Made by a program: the position numbers and the translations under genes
The notes under the pieces: generated by a model
The model's input: the letters and a program-made list of their open reading frames with translations, nothing else
Database searches by the model: none
What the model was told of the DNA's origin: nothing
Shown here: positions 42,505 through 50,053 of the stretch, piece after piece
Layout: every line of letters starts with the position of its first letter
Position numbering within the stretch: the stretch's first letter is position 1
Source: Ilumatobacteraceae bacterium
GTDB taxonomy: Bacteria; Actinomycetota; Acidimicrobiia; Acidimicrobiales; Ilumatobacteraceae
Length of the DNA stretch: 59,938 nt
Direction: 5' to 3'
Assembly: GCA_036826015.1 (NCBI GenBank)
Contig: DAISXE010000001.1
Location: forward strand, 1-59,938

Positions 42505-44255
42505 GCGAGAGCTCACCGCTCGTTGCGTCGGTTGTACCTGATGTATCAGGCATCGACAAGGTATTTGACTATCTCATTCCGTCTGCTCTTGTAGGCCGCG
42601 CCGCGCGTGGTCAGAGGGTGCGCATCAATTTAAACAATCGTCGTGTTGGCGGTTGGATTACGGATATCAAACCGTTTTCGCAAAGCACTGAGGGAATTGC
42701 ATTAGACCGTTTGTCCCCATTGGTCTCTATTTCGGGGACAGGCGTAGAAGAACATCTGTTACCTCTTGTGTCTTGGGTGGCGCGCCGATGGATGGGTTCG
42801 CATAGAGCTGTACTGCAAAGCGCTTCATCGCCGCGTATGAAGTCGCGTGTTGTGCATCCAAGACATGGAGCAGTTTCAAACGATGTCAACGACGTAGTTG
42901 TAGCGGCCACGAAGCAGGCGAGAGCCCAGGGTGGTGCTCTTTTGGTCATCCCGCCTGCGCTGTCTGCTCTCACAGTTGTTACTTCATTGGCCGAATCAGG
43001 TCCGGTTTTGGTGGTGTGTCCGACGCAGCGCATGGCACATGTTGGTGCTGCGTTTCTACGCCGCAAAGGTTTGACTACTGCAGAGGTTCCAGACGAATGG
43101 GACAACGCTCGAGCAGGCGTGGATGTTGTGATTGGTGCCCGATCAGCTGTATTTGCTCCGTGTGCGGAACTTAGCGCCATTGTTGTGATTGACGAACATG
43201 ATGAGTCGCTTCACGAAGAGAGAGCCCCAACATGGAATGCCGCAGAAGTTGCAACTGAACGCGCTCGGTTAGTTGGCGTTCCAATAGTTCTCACCTCGGC
43301 TGTCCCTTCACTCGGAGCACTTGTGGGGTGGGCCAATAAAACGATCCATGTCGATTCTGCGCACGGGTGGCCAAAAATCGAGATAGTTGATCTTGCTTCA
43401 GTTCCTGTTGCTGGTTCGTTGCTGTCAACAGAACTTCTCACAGCAATTTCTACACCTGGCGCTACTACGGCCTGTGTGTTGAATACCAAAGGTAAAGCGC
43501 GTCTCATTGTTTGTAAGTCATGTCGTAAAACGCAAAACTGTTCAACATGTCTTTCGCTCCTCACACAATCAGACGATGGAACTCTTTTTTGTTCACGTTG
43601 TGAAATGCAGCATGGCGGCGTGTGTGTTTCATGTGGACGTTCTGCTTTTCTTGTCCCTCGTGGCGGAGTCACTCAATTGACATCGCAAGTACAGGCCTCC
43701 AGTGCTAACCCCGTTATTGAAGTCACAAGTGATTCAGATGAGTCATGGACAAAAGGAAATGTATTCATCGGTACAGAAGCGGTGTTGTACAGAGTGCCTC
43801 AAGCTGACTGTGTGGTGTTTGCCGACATTGACCGTGATTTGGGAGCTCCACGCATGTCGGCCCCCATAGAAGTTGCGGCAGTAATTGCACGTGCTGCTCG
43901 CATGGTGGGCGCAAATGGCAAGGTAGTTGTTCAGACCCGAGTTGTGGATCATCCGTTATTGGTTGCATTGGCTAGTAACAATGTTGCCGGTGCGCTTCAA
44001 GAATGGAGAGATTCTGTCTTGGCGCAACGTCGTGCATTGAGTTTGCCGCCATATTCGTACGTCGCACGTATCACTTTGACGTCACCGCATACTTCGGTAG
44101 ATATTCCAGAACTTGAGTCGGTCCTTGTTGCGCGCGAAGAGGAAGCAGTATTGCTCCGTGCCGTTCATCGAGAAGATCTCGAAAGAGCAATTACTCAGCT
44201 AAGGGCCACGTTTGGTGCCCACATGCGTGTGCATGTGGATCCACTGCGTTACTAG
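42501..44255 (+). CDS. priA: Primosomal protein N' (PriA), degenerate-helicase type
   Basis: The canonical-start ORF is 42618..44255 (GTG). The frame is open from 42480 and encodes the conserved PriA N-terminus (V.PDV.GIDK.FDYL.PS.L...A..G.RV.I.L..R...G). Only a CTG (42501) is available as a start there. Also has a DEHD Walker B, a Cys-rich Zn-finger block and a C-terminal domain. Confidence 0.8.
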   Translation: MSESSPLVASVVPDVSGIDKVFDYLIPSALVGRAARGQRVRINLNNRRVGGWITDIKPFSQSTEGIALDRLSPLVSISGTGVEEHLLPLVSWVARRWMGSHRAVLQSASSPRMKSRVVHPRHGAVSNDVNDVVVAATKQARAQGGALLVIPPALSALTVVTSLAESGPVLVVCPTQRMAHVGAAFLRRKGLTTAEVPDEWDNARAGVDVVIGARSAVFAPCAELSAIVVIDEHDESLHEERAPTWNAAEVATERARLVGVPIVLTSAVPSLGALVGWANKTIHVDSAHGWPKIEIVDLASVPVAGSLLSTELLTAISTPGATTACVLNTKGKARLIVCKSCRKTQNCSTCLSLLTQSDDGTLFCSRCEMQHGGVCVSCGRSAFLVPRGGVTQLTSQVQASSANPVIEVTSDSDESWTKGNVFIGTEAVLYRVPQADCVVFADIDRDLGAPRMSAPIEVAAVIARAARMVGANGKVVVQTRVVDHPLLVALASNNVAGALQEWRDSVLAQRRALSLPPYSYVARITLTSPHTSVDIPELESVLVAREEEAVLLRAVHREDLERAITQLRATFGAHMRVHVDPLRY

Positions 44256-44899
44256 CGGTGAGCTAAAACTTCCAAGACGCGAAATCCCTTGCTGCTTCCG
44301 ATGCGCGTTGTGGCGAAACCATTGTTGGTCAGCCACGTTGCAAGTGAATCTGCCCCAAGATTTTTACTCACCACCAGATGTGCGACTCCGTCGTCTGTGA
44401 GCCTGTGAAGCCATGTCAGCAGCAACTCATGCAGTGCATCTTTGCCTATTCGGATAGGGGGGTTGGACCAAATATGTGTAAAACGAAGGTTGGTATCAAC
44501 CTCGTCTGGGTGAGCAACGCGAATGTTTGGCAAATTGTTCTTCGCCGCATTCTCTGTGCAGAGTTCTCTTGCACGCTCATTTATATCGATGGCGTACACC
44601 GTGCTCTCGGCATAGTGAATTGCCATCGAGAGTGAGATTGCCCCAGTTCCGCAACCAACGTCGAGAACGTTGGTTCCTGGTGGACATGGTGCGTGATTCT
44701 GTCTGCGCATGATATCGAGCAGTACCGCAGTTCCTTTGTCGAGGCCATGTTGGCTAAAGACGCCTGACCCTGCGCGCATGGAGAGGGGGCCACGTGCACT
44801 GTCGATGGTGAAGTCTGTGGTTTTCTCGGCACTAGATGGTGACGGGGCAAAGTAATGCTCGTTAGGCGTAATTCTCTTGTCAGGTTCCTCGGTCATCAT
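44252..44899 (-). CDS. Class I SAM-dependent methyltransferase (MTS/RsmC-like small-domain family)
   Basis: HYF...P, GVFS....D.GT..LL, VLDVGCGTGAISL (motif I) and NPPIRIGK (motif IV). ATG at 44899 or 44896. The track start (GTG 44908) is also possible. Confidence 0.8.
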   Translation of the reverse strand: MMTEEPDKRITPNEHYFAPSPSSAEKTTDFTIDSARGPLSMRAGSGVFSQHGLDKGTAVLLDIMRRQNHAPCPPGTNVLDVGCGTGAISLSMAIHYAESTVYAIDINERARELCTENAAKNNLPNIRVAHPDEVDTNLRFTHIWSNPPIRIGKDALHELLLTWLHRLTDDGVAHLVVSKNLGADSLATWLTNNGFATTRIGSSKGFRVLEVLAHR

Positions 44900-44925
44900 T
44901 GTCTCCACAGGTAGCCTTTCAGATT

Positions 44926-45450
44926 GTGGCCTACGACATTCGCACCTACGGAGATCCAGTTCTTACTTCTGTGGCAGAACAAGTGGAAAATATCGACGGC
45001 AAAGTGGTCCGCTTGTCTCAAGCAATGCTTCAAGCCATGTATCAGGCCCCTGGACTCGGGCTGGCTGCGCCTCAAATCGGAGTACAGAAACAGATTTTTG
45101 TGTACGACATTGATGGCACACCCATCACTCTGATTAATCCTCGCATTGTTGAATCACGGGGGGAATGGGTGTACGACGAAGGCTGCTTGTCTATTCCCGG
45201 GCTGTATGTCGAGATGCTGCGACCCAAAGAAGTCTTGTTAGAAGCAATTGATCTCAGCGGCAACACTATTCAAGTAGAAGCCGATGAATTGCTTGCACGG
45301 CTCTTCCAACATGAACTCGACCATCTCAATGGCGTCTTAATGTTCGAACGTATGACCCCCGACCAACGCGACGAAGCCTTGCGTGAATACAAGCGGATTG
45401 CAGATGGGGGCACCTCGGAAGGGGAGACCCGTCACATTGGGCTGAAGTAG
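44926..45450 (+). CDS. def: Peptide deformylase
   Basis: GDPVL, GLGLAAPQIG, EGCLSIPG and HELDHLNG. GTG at 44926 gives an N-terminus aligned with mycobacterial Def. TTG at 44899 is the alternative. Confidence 0.9.
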   Translation: MAYDIRTYGDPVLTSVAEQVENIDGKVVRLSQAMLQAMYQAPGLGLAAPQIGVQKQIFVYDIDGTPITLINPRIVESRGEWVYDEGCLSIPGLYVEMLRPKEVLLEAIDLSGNTIQVEADELLARLFQHELDHLNGVLMFERMTPDQRDEALREYKRIADGGTSEGETRHIGLK

Positions 45451-45452
45451 TG

Positions 45453-46337
45453 ATGCCACAAGAGGTTCGACCTCTCGTCTTTCTTGGGACACCAGACACC
45501 GCAGCAACAGTTCTTTCATCGCTCATCGACGCAGGGTTTCACATCATTCACGTTGTCACTCGTCCAGATGCAAAGCGGGGCAGAGGTTCGCGAATGACTC
45601 CGAGCCCTGTGAAAGAAGTTGCGCTACGTCACAACATCGCGGTCTCACACGATCTCAACTGGGTGGAGCTAAACAGTCACCAGAATCTTCTCGGCATTGT
45701 CGTTGCGTATGGTCGCATCATTCCCGGAGCACTCTTAGAAAAAGTGCCGATGATCAATATTCATTTCTCGCTTCTTCCGCGTTGGCGCGGAGCAGCACCA
45801 GTAGAGCGCGCCATCATGGCTGGCGATGCGGAAACTGGTGTATGCATTATGGACGTAGAGGCCACTCTCGACTCGGGTGCCATCTATGCAACAGCAACGG
45901 TTCCAATAGATGACGAAATCACAGCTACTGCGCTCACGCGTCAATTAGCTCATGCTGGTGCTGAGTTATTGGTTACGACTTTGCAGAATGGCCTTGGGAC
46001 TCCTGTTGCTCAACAGCCTGGTGGTACCTATGCGACAAAAATTACGCCAGATGACCTGCGTATTGATTGGACAAACAGTGCGGTGAACATTCATCGCCAG
46101 GTGCGAGCATTGCGCGCCTACACCGTGGTCGGCGGTAATCGTTTACGCATTCTTGCTACGGCAGTTGAAAATCAGGACGATGCTCTCGATGTTGGGGGCC
46201 TGTATGACGGATGTGTTGTGGGTACAGGCGATGGCGTTATTCGGCTCGTCACTGTTCAGCCAGAGGGGCGACCACATATGGATGCCGCAGCTTGGTTTCG
46301 TGGTCAAACCGGCGCTCTGCCCATTGAATTGGGATAG
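45453..46337 (+). CDS. fmt: Methionyl-tRNA formyltransferase
   Basis: VFLGTP, N.H.SLLPRWRGAAPVERAI..GD..TGV.IM, and the C-terminal Fmt domain. Confidence 0.9.
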   Translation: MPQEVRPLVFLGTPDTAATVLSSLIDAGFHIIHVVTRPDAKRGRGSRMTPSPVKEVALRHNIAVSHDLNWVELNSHQNLLGIVVAYGRIIPGALLEKVPMINIHFSLLPRWRGAAPVERAIMAGDAETGVCIMDVEATLDSGAIYATATVPIDDEITATALTRQLAHAGAELLVTTLQNGLGTPVAQQPGGTYATKITPDDLRIDWTNSAVNIHRQVRALRAYTVVGGNRLRILATAVENQDDALDVGGLYDGCVVGTGDGVIRLVTVQPEGRPHMDAAAWFRGQTGALPIELG

Positions 46338-46385
46338 TCGTTAAATACGTCGTCAGTGTCGCAATGTGCTCTGTAACCTCGTTGC

Positions 46386-47258
46386 GTGCTCAAAATTGTT
46401 CTCCCCAAAGGATCCCTCGAGAAGGCGACCCTCGACTTATTTGAAGCTGCCGATCTCTCGGTAGTGCGTTCATCTTCTGTCGACTACAAGGCTTCTATCG
46501 ACGACCCACGAGTTGCCGAAGTGCGTATTCTTCGTCCGCAGGAGATCGCAACCTATGTGCAAGAGGGTCTTTTCGACATTGGCATCACGGGTCGCGACTG
46601 GATTGAAGAGACCGCTAGTGAAGTTGTCAGTCTGGGTGAGCTTCGTTATTCAAAAGCCACCGCACAACCAGTGCGTGTAGTTGTGGCTGTGGCAGATTCA
46701 TCGCCAGCTCACTCTGCAAAAGATCTCAAGGACGGAGTTCGCGTAACAACCGAGTATCCAGAGATGACTCGTCGTTATTTCGCGAACCTCGGTATCAAAG
46801 CAGACATTCGCCTTAGCTATGGCGCAAGCGAAGCAAAAATTCCTGATATCGCAGATTGTGTCGTGGACATCACTGAGACAGGGCGAGCATTGCGTGCAGC
46901 AGGTCTGCGAATTATCGACACCATGCTCACCAGTTACACAGAACTCATCGCTAATAAAGAATCGTTTGCCGACCCCGTCAAGCGTCATGCAATGGAACAG
47001 ATAATGACTCTGTTGACTGGCACATTAGAGGCACGCGACAAAGTGTTATTGAAGTTGAACGTGTCCGAGAACGCGATGGAAAAAGTCTTAGCGCTTCTTC
47101 CAGCAGCCAAGTCACCCACAGTGTCGCGCTTAGCGTCTGGCGATTACGCAATTGAGTCTGTAGTTACCAAACGCGGCATCAACACACTTATTCCCGATCT
47201 CATTGATGCAGGAGCATCGGATCTTCTCGAAATCCCCATTTCCAAGATCATTCACTAG
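46386..47258 (+). CDS. hisG: ATP phosphoribosyltransferase, long form
   Basis: LKIVLPKGSL......LF, D.VD...TG..L...GL, and a C-terminal regulatory domain ending ...GASDLLE.PI.K.. as in long HisG. 290 aa. Confidence 0.85.
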   Translation: MLKIVLPKGSLEKATLDLFEAADLSVVRSSSVDYKASIDDPRVAEVRILRPQEIATYVQEGLFDIGITGRDWIEETASEVVSLGELRYSKATAQPVRVVVAVADSSPAHSAKDLKDGVRVTTEYPEMTRRYFANLGIKADIRLSYGASEAKIPDIADCVVDITETGRALRAAGLRIIDTMLTSYTELIANKESFADPVKRHAMEQIMTLLTGTLEARDKVLLKLNVSENAMEKVLALLPAAKSPTVSRLASGDYAIESVVTKRGINTLIPDLIDAGASDLLEIPISKIIH

Positions 47259-47266
47259 TCAGTCGT

Positions 47267-47485
47267 ATGTCTAGCGATCTCAGCGCATCATCAACTGGCG
47301 TCGTAACGGAATTCAGCGACCCCAGTGGTCTTGGTGTCATCACAGACGAGAATGGTCGACAGTGGCCATTTCATTGCGTGTCACTCGAAGATGGCACACG
47401 CACGGTCGAAATTGGTGTGCGTGTCAGTTTTGTTCAGGGCTTTCGCGTTGCACGCCCAGAGGCAGTGCACATCATTCGCCTGTAG
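47267..47485 (+). CDS. Small hypothetical protein with a cold-shock-domain-like (OB-fold) pattern
   Basis: 72 aa. G.V..F....G.G.I.DE.G....FH..........I.G..V.F spacing resembles a CSD, but the RNP1/RNP2 aromatic motifs are missing. Confidence 0.4.
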   Translation: MSSDLSASSTGVVTEFSDPSGLGVITDENGRQWPFHCVSLEDGTRTVEIGVRVSFVQGFRVARPEAVHIIRL

Positions 47486-47822
47486 GCGGTGTCTTTCGTT
47501 GTACAAACACCATGCGGATGTTGGTGAGAGCTGCAACCAAAGTGTCATGATGCTCGCCTAAGCGGTTTCCTAAGCCGTCAACCAGCAGTCCAAGCGCATC
47601 GATGGCCAATTGTGATTCCTCGATGCGTGGTGGTTCGCTCGATAGGTGGATGGCGGCCAGTTCGAAGAGGCCCATTGCATGGTTGGCCACTACAACCGAT
47701 GCGGGGGCTTCGGCTAGGCGCCGGCGCGCTTCAGCGACTGCTTCGAGGGCCAATTGGGCTTCCTCGCTCGTCTCTGGTCGTGAATCGGGTGAAGTTGGGG
47801 GGATGGTGTCGTCTTGGCTCAT
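47472..47822 (-). CDS. DUF1844-like hypothetical protein
   Basis: 116 aa. An acidic/Pro-rich N-terminus followed by VVANHAMGLFELAAIHL....P..EE..LAIDAL..L...LG. Divergent from infC, as I recall for actinobacterial DUF1844 genes. Confidence 0.45.
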   Translation of the reverse strand: MSQDDTIPPTSPDSRPETSEEAQLALEAVAEARRRLAEAPASVVVANHAMGLFELAAIHLSSEPPRIEESQLAIDALGLLVDGLGNRLGEHHDTLVAALTNIRMVFVQRKTPPTGE

Positions 47823-47945
47823 CGGGCGATACCCTATCTAGCGTCAACTGAGCGAAGTGGGGTTTTCGAGCCCCCACCTGTCCACCTCGTCCGTATCGGA
47901 CATTTTAGAGAGTGCGCCAGGTCGAGATTATGAGCGATTCTGTCG

Positions 47946-48005
47946 CTCTGTGTCTGCTTCGTGCACTGGCACGAACGCACCACATCCTGTGGTGCCGACA
48001 CAGAG
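47946..48005 (+). promoter_or_regulatory. Structured RNA leader candidate (three-way junction) upstream of infC-rpmI-rplT
   Basis: Closing stem CTCTGTGTC (47946-54) / GACACAGAG (47997-48005). It encloses hairpin TTCGTGC-ACTG-GCACGAA (47958-75) and hairpin GCACCAC-ATCCT-GTGGTGC (47977-95). 23 Watson-Crick pairs in 60 nt, no mismatches. Confidence 0.5.
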
Positions 48006-48050
48006 GAGGGCACGGCCCATTGCAACAGAGGAACAGCCATAGCTACGCCA

Positions 48051-48656
48051 ATTAGTGAACCCCGCTACAACGAGCGCATTCGTGCGCGCGAGGTTCGTCT
48101 TATCGGTCCCGACGGTAGTCAAGTTGGTGTTCGCACCACTGCCGACGCACTGGTACTGGCTCGCGAACTCGATCTCGACCTTGTCGAAGTCGCACCGCTT
48201 GCCAATCCACCTGTATGTCGCATCATGGATTACGGGAAGTTTCGATACGAAGAAGCGCAGAAAGCCAAAGAGTCTCGAAAGAAGACAACCCACGTCACTG
48301 TGAAAGAAGTGAAATTCCGACCAAAGATCGGAAAGGGAGACTTCGATACGAAGGTTCGGCACATGCGTGACTTCTTAGAAGACGGTCACAAAGTGAAGGT
48401 CACACTCCAATTTCGTGGTCGAGAAGTTGCCCACCCAGAACTGGGTGCAAAAATTCTCGATGCGGCGTTAGAGCAACTCGGATCGCTTGCCAAAGTGGAA
48501 ACACAGGCGCGACTCGAAGGCAGAAATATGACAATGGTTCTTTCTCCAGACAAGAAGCCAGCCAAGAAATCGACAGAAAAATCCGCAGACGACACTTCAG
48601 CACCAGTTGCTGAAAGTGCCCCTGAAGCGGAAATTTCTACGGAAGATAATGAGTAG
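48051..48656 (+). CDS. infC: Translation initiation factor IF-3, with a non-AUG (ATT) start
   Basis: ISEPRYNERIRAREVRLIGPDG.QVG aligns residue for residue with actinobacterial IF-3 N-termini (ISTEARINERIR..). An ATT start is the known autoregulatory feature. ATA at 48039 (5 nt after AGAGGAA) is the alternative. The GTG at 47961 from the track lies inside leader hairpin 1. Confidence 0.85.
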   Translation: MSEPRYNERIRAREVRLIGPDGSQVGVRTTADALVLARELDLDLVEVAPLANPPVCRIMDYGKFRYEEAQKAKESRKKTTHVTVKEVKFRPKIGKGDFDTKVRHMRDFLEDGHKVKVTLQFRGREVAHPELGAKILDAALEQLGSLAKVETQARLEGRNMTMVLSPDKKPAKKSTEKSADDTSAPVAESAPEAEISTEDNE

Positions 48657-48668
48657 AGGAAACACGAC

Positions 48669-48866
48669 ATGCCAAAGATGAAGACAAGCAAAACCGCTGC
48701 AAAGCGTTTTAAGAAGACAGGTACCGGCAAGTTGCGCCGCCAGCAGGCCAACCGTCAGCACCTGTTTGAAAAGAAGTCCAGCGTTCGCACACGTCGCCTT
48801 GCAGGCGATGTAGACGTGCACCCTGGTGACGCCAAGAAGATCAAGCGCCTTTTGGGCCTGCGATAA
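48669..48866 (+). CDS. rpmI: 50S ribosomal protein L35
   Basis: MPKMKT.K.AAKRFK.TG.GK..R. 65 aa. Confidence 0.95.
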   Translation: MPKMKTSKTAAKRFKKTGTGKLRRQQANRQHLFEKKSSVRTRRLAGDVDVHPGDAKKIKRLLGLR

Positions 48867-48894
48867 CTAAGTAGAGAAGTAGGAAGGTAACACC

Positions 48895-49251
48895 ATGGCA
48901 AGAGTGAAAAGAGCAGTACACGCTCGCAAGAAGCACCGTGCAGTCCTCGAGAAGGCAAAGGGATATTACGGCAACAAGAGTCGTTCATTCCGTGCTGCCA
49001 ACGAACAGGTTCTGCACTCAGGTCAATACGCATTTCGTGACCGTCGCGCAAAGAAGGGCGAGTTTCGCCGTTTGTGGATTCAGCGAATCAATGCTGCATG
49101 TCGTTTGAACGACATTTCGTACAGTCGCTTTATTGCAGGTTTGAATGCAGCAGGCATCGAAGTGGATCGTAAGGTCCTCGCCGATATCGCAGTGTTCGAC
49201 GCCGAAGCGTTCTCCGCGTTGGTTGTGGCTGCAAAGGCTGCATTGAACTGA
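48895..49251 (+). CDS. rplT: 50S ribosomal protein L20
   Basis: MARVKR.V.ARKKHR..L..AKGY.G.....FR.A...V...YAFRDRR..K..FR.LWI.RINAA. Confidence 0.95.
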   Translation: MARVKRAVHARKKHRAVLEKAKGYYGNKSRSFRAANEQVLHSGQYAFRDRRAKKGEFRRLWIQRINAACRLNDISYSRFIAGLNAAGIEVDRKVLADIAVFDAEAFSALVVAAKAALN

Positions 49252-49262
49252 ACAGGACTCCA

Positions 49263-50009
49263 CTGTCCCCATCGAACCCACGGGTTCAGCGACTGCGACG
49301 CCTTATAGGGCGTCGCAGTTTTCGTTATGAAGAAGAAACCTTCGTGGTGGAAGGTCCAACACTGGTTGAAGAAGCTTTCGCTGCCGGTATGTCGTTCATC
49401 GACCAATACGTTCGCGAGGATTACGACGGGTATGAAGCACCAGGTGTGATTACTCATGAACTCGACTCAAAGACTTTTAACTCTGTGAGCGACACAGAAT
49501 CCCCTCGTGGGATCATGGCGGTGTGCACCATGCCGTCGCCAGATGATTTTTCCTTCTTGGCTTCGGATTGGTTACTAGTTCTAGACGAAGTCTCAGATCC
49601 AGGAAACCTCGGCACTCTTGTACGTAGTGCAGAAGCTGCCGGTGCTAGTGGTGTTGTACTTGTTGGTTCCACTGTCGATCCGTGGTCACCTAAAGTGCTG
49701 CGCGCTTCGGCAGGTGCAATGTTTCATGTTCGCATCTGGAGCGTCGATTCTCTCGAAGACCTACGCGACGCCGGTGTGCGACTGCTTGGTACCACTTCGC
49801 ATGAAACTGTTGCCGATGCTGTCTCTGTGTATGAGGCAGACCTTTCGGGTTGTATCGGCATAGTGATGGGCAACGAGTCTCGTGGATTAGACCCTCATGC
49901 ACCGGTTGATTCTTGGATCACCATTCCACAACAAGGCCGTTCGGAAAGCCTGAACGTTGCGATGGCTGGCACGGTTGTTGCCATGCATGTAGCCCATGTG
50001 CGCCGTTAA
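49263..50009 (+). CDS. TrmH/SpoU-family RNA 2'-O-methyltransferase (TsnR-like)
   Basis: SPOUT core (LDEVSDPGNLGT.VRSAEA.GA, GNES.GL, IP..G..ESLNVA.A). The canonical-start ORF is 49344..50009. The conserved N-terminal SNPRVQRLRRL...R...F.VEG lies upstream in frame, with CTG 49263 (5 nt after AGGA) as the only plausible start. Confidence 0.8.
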   Translation: MSPSNPRVQRLRRLIGRRSFRYEEETFVVEGPTLVEEAFAAGMSFIDQYVREDYDGYEAPGVITHELDSKTFNSVSDTESPRGIMAVCTMPSPDDFSFLASDWLLVLDEVSDPGNLGTLVRSAEAAGASGVVLVGSTVDPWSPKVLRASAGAMFHVRIWSVDSLEDLRDAGVRLLGTTSHETVADAVSVYEADLSGCIGIVMGNESRGLDPHAPVDSWITIPQQGRSESLNVAMAGTVVAMHVAHVRR

Positions 50010-50053
50010 TGCTCCCGTTTGTGCCACTGCTCGGGGAGTAGCGTTTTAGCGTC

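Noticed and set aside
47857-47901. Two small hairpins (GTGGGG...CCCCAC at 47857-77 and GTCCG-TAT-CGGAC at 47889-901) considered as terminators or part of the infC riboregulator.
   Set aside because: No adjacent U-tract, short stems, and they lie in the divergent promoter region. I cannot distinguish them from chance.
47961-48050. GTG at 47961 as the infC start (N-terminal extension MHWHERTTSCGADTEEGTAHCNRGTAIATP).
   Set aside because: The extension is rich in His, Cys and Trp and resembles no IF-3 N-terminus. The GTG lies inside a perfect hairpin of the leader structure. IF-3 homology begins exactly at the ATT at 48051.
50010-50053. Imperfect hairpin CTCCCG...CGGGGAG between trmH-like and pheS, considered as a terminator or T-box remnant.
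   Set aside because: The stem is bulged with a 14-nt loop and has no contiguous T-run. The region is far too short for a T-box. More likely it just contains the pheS RBS region.
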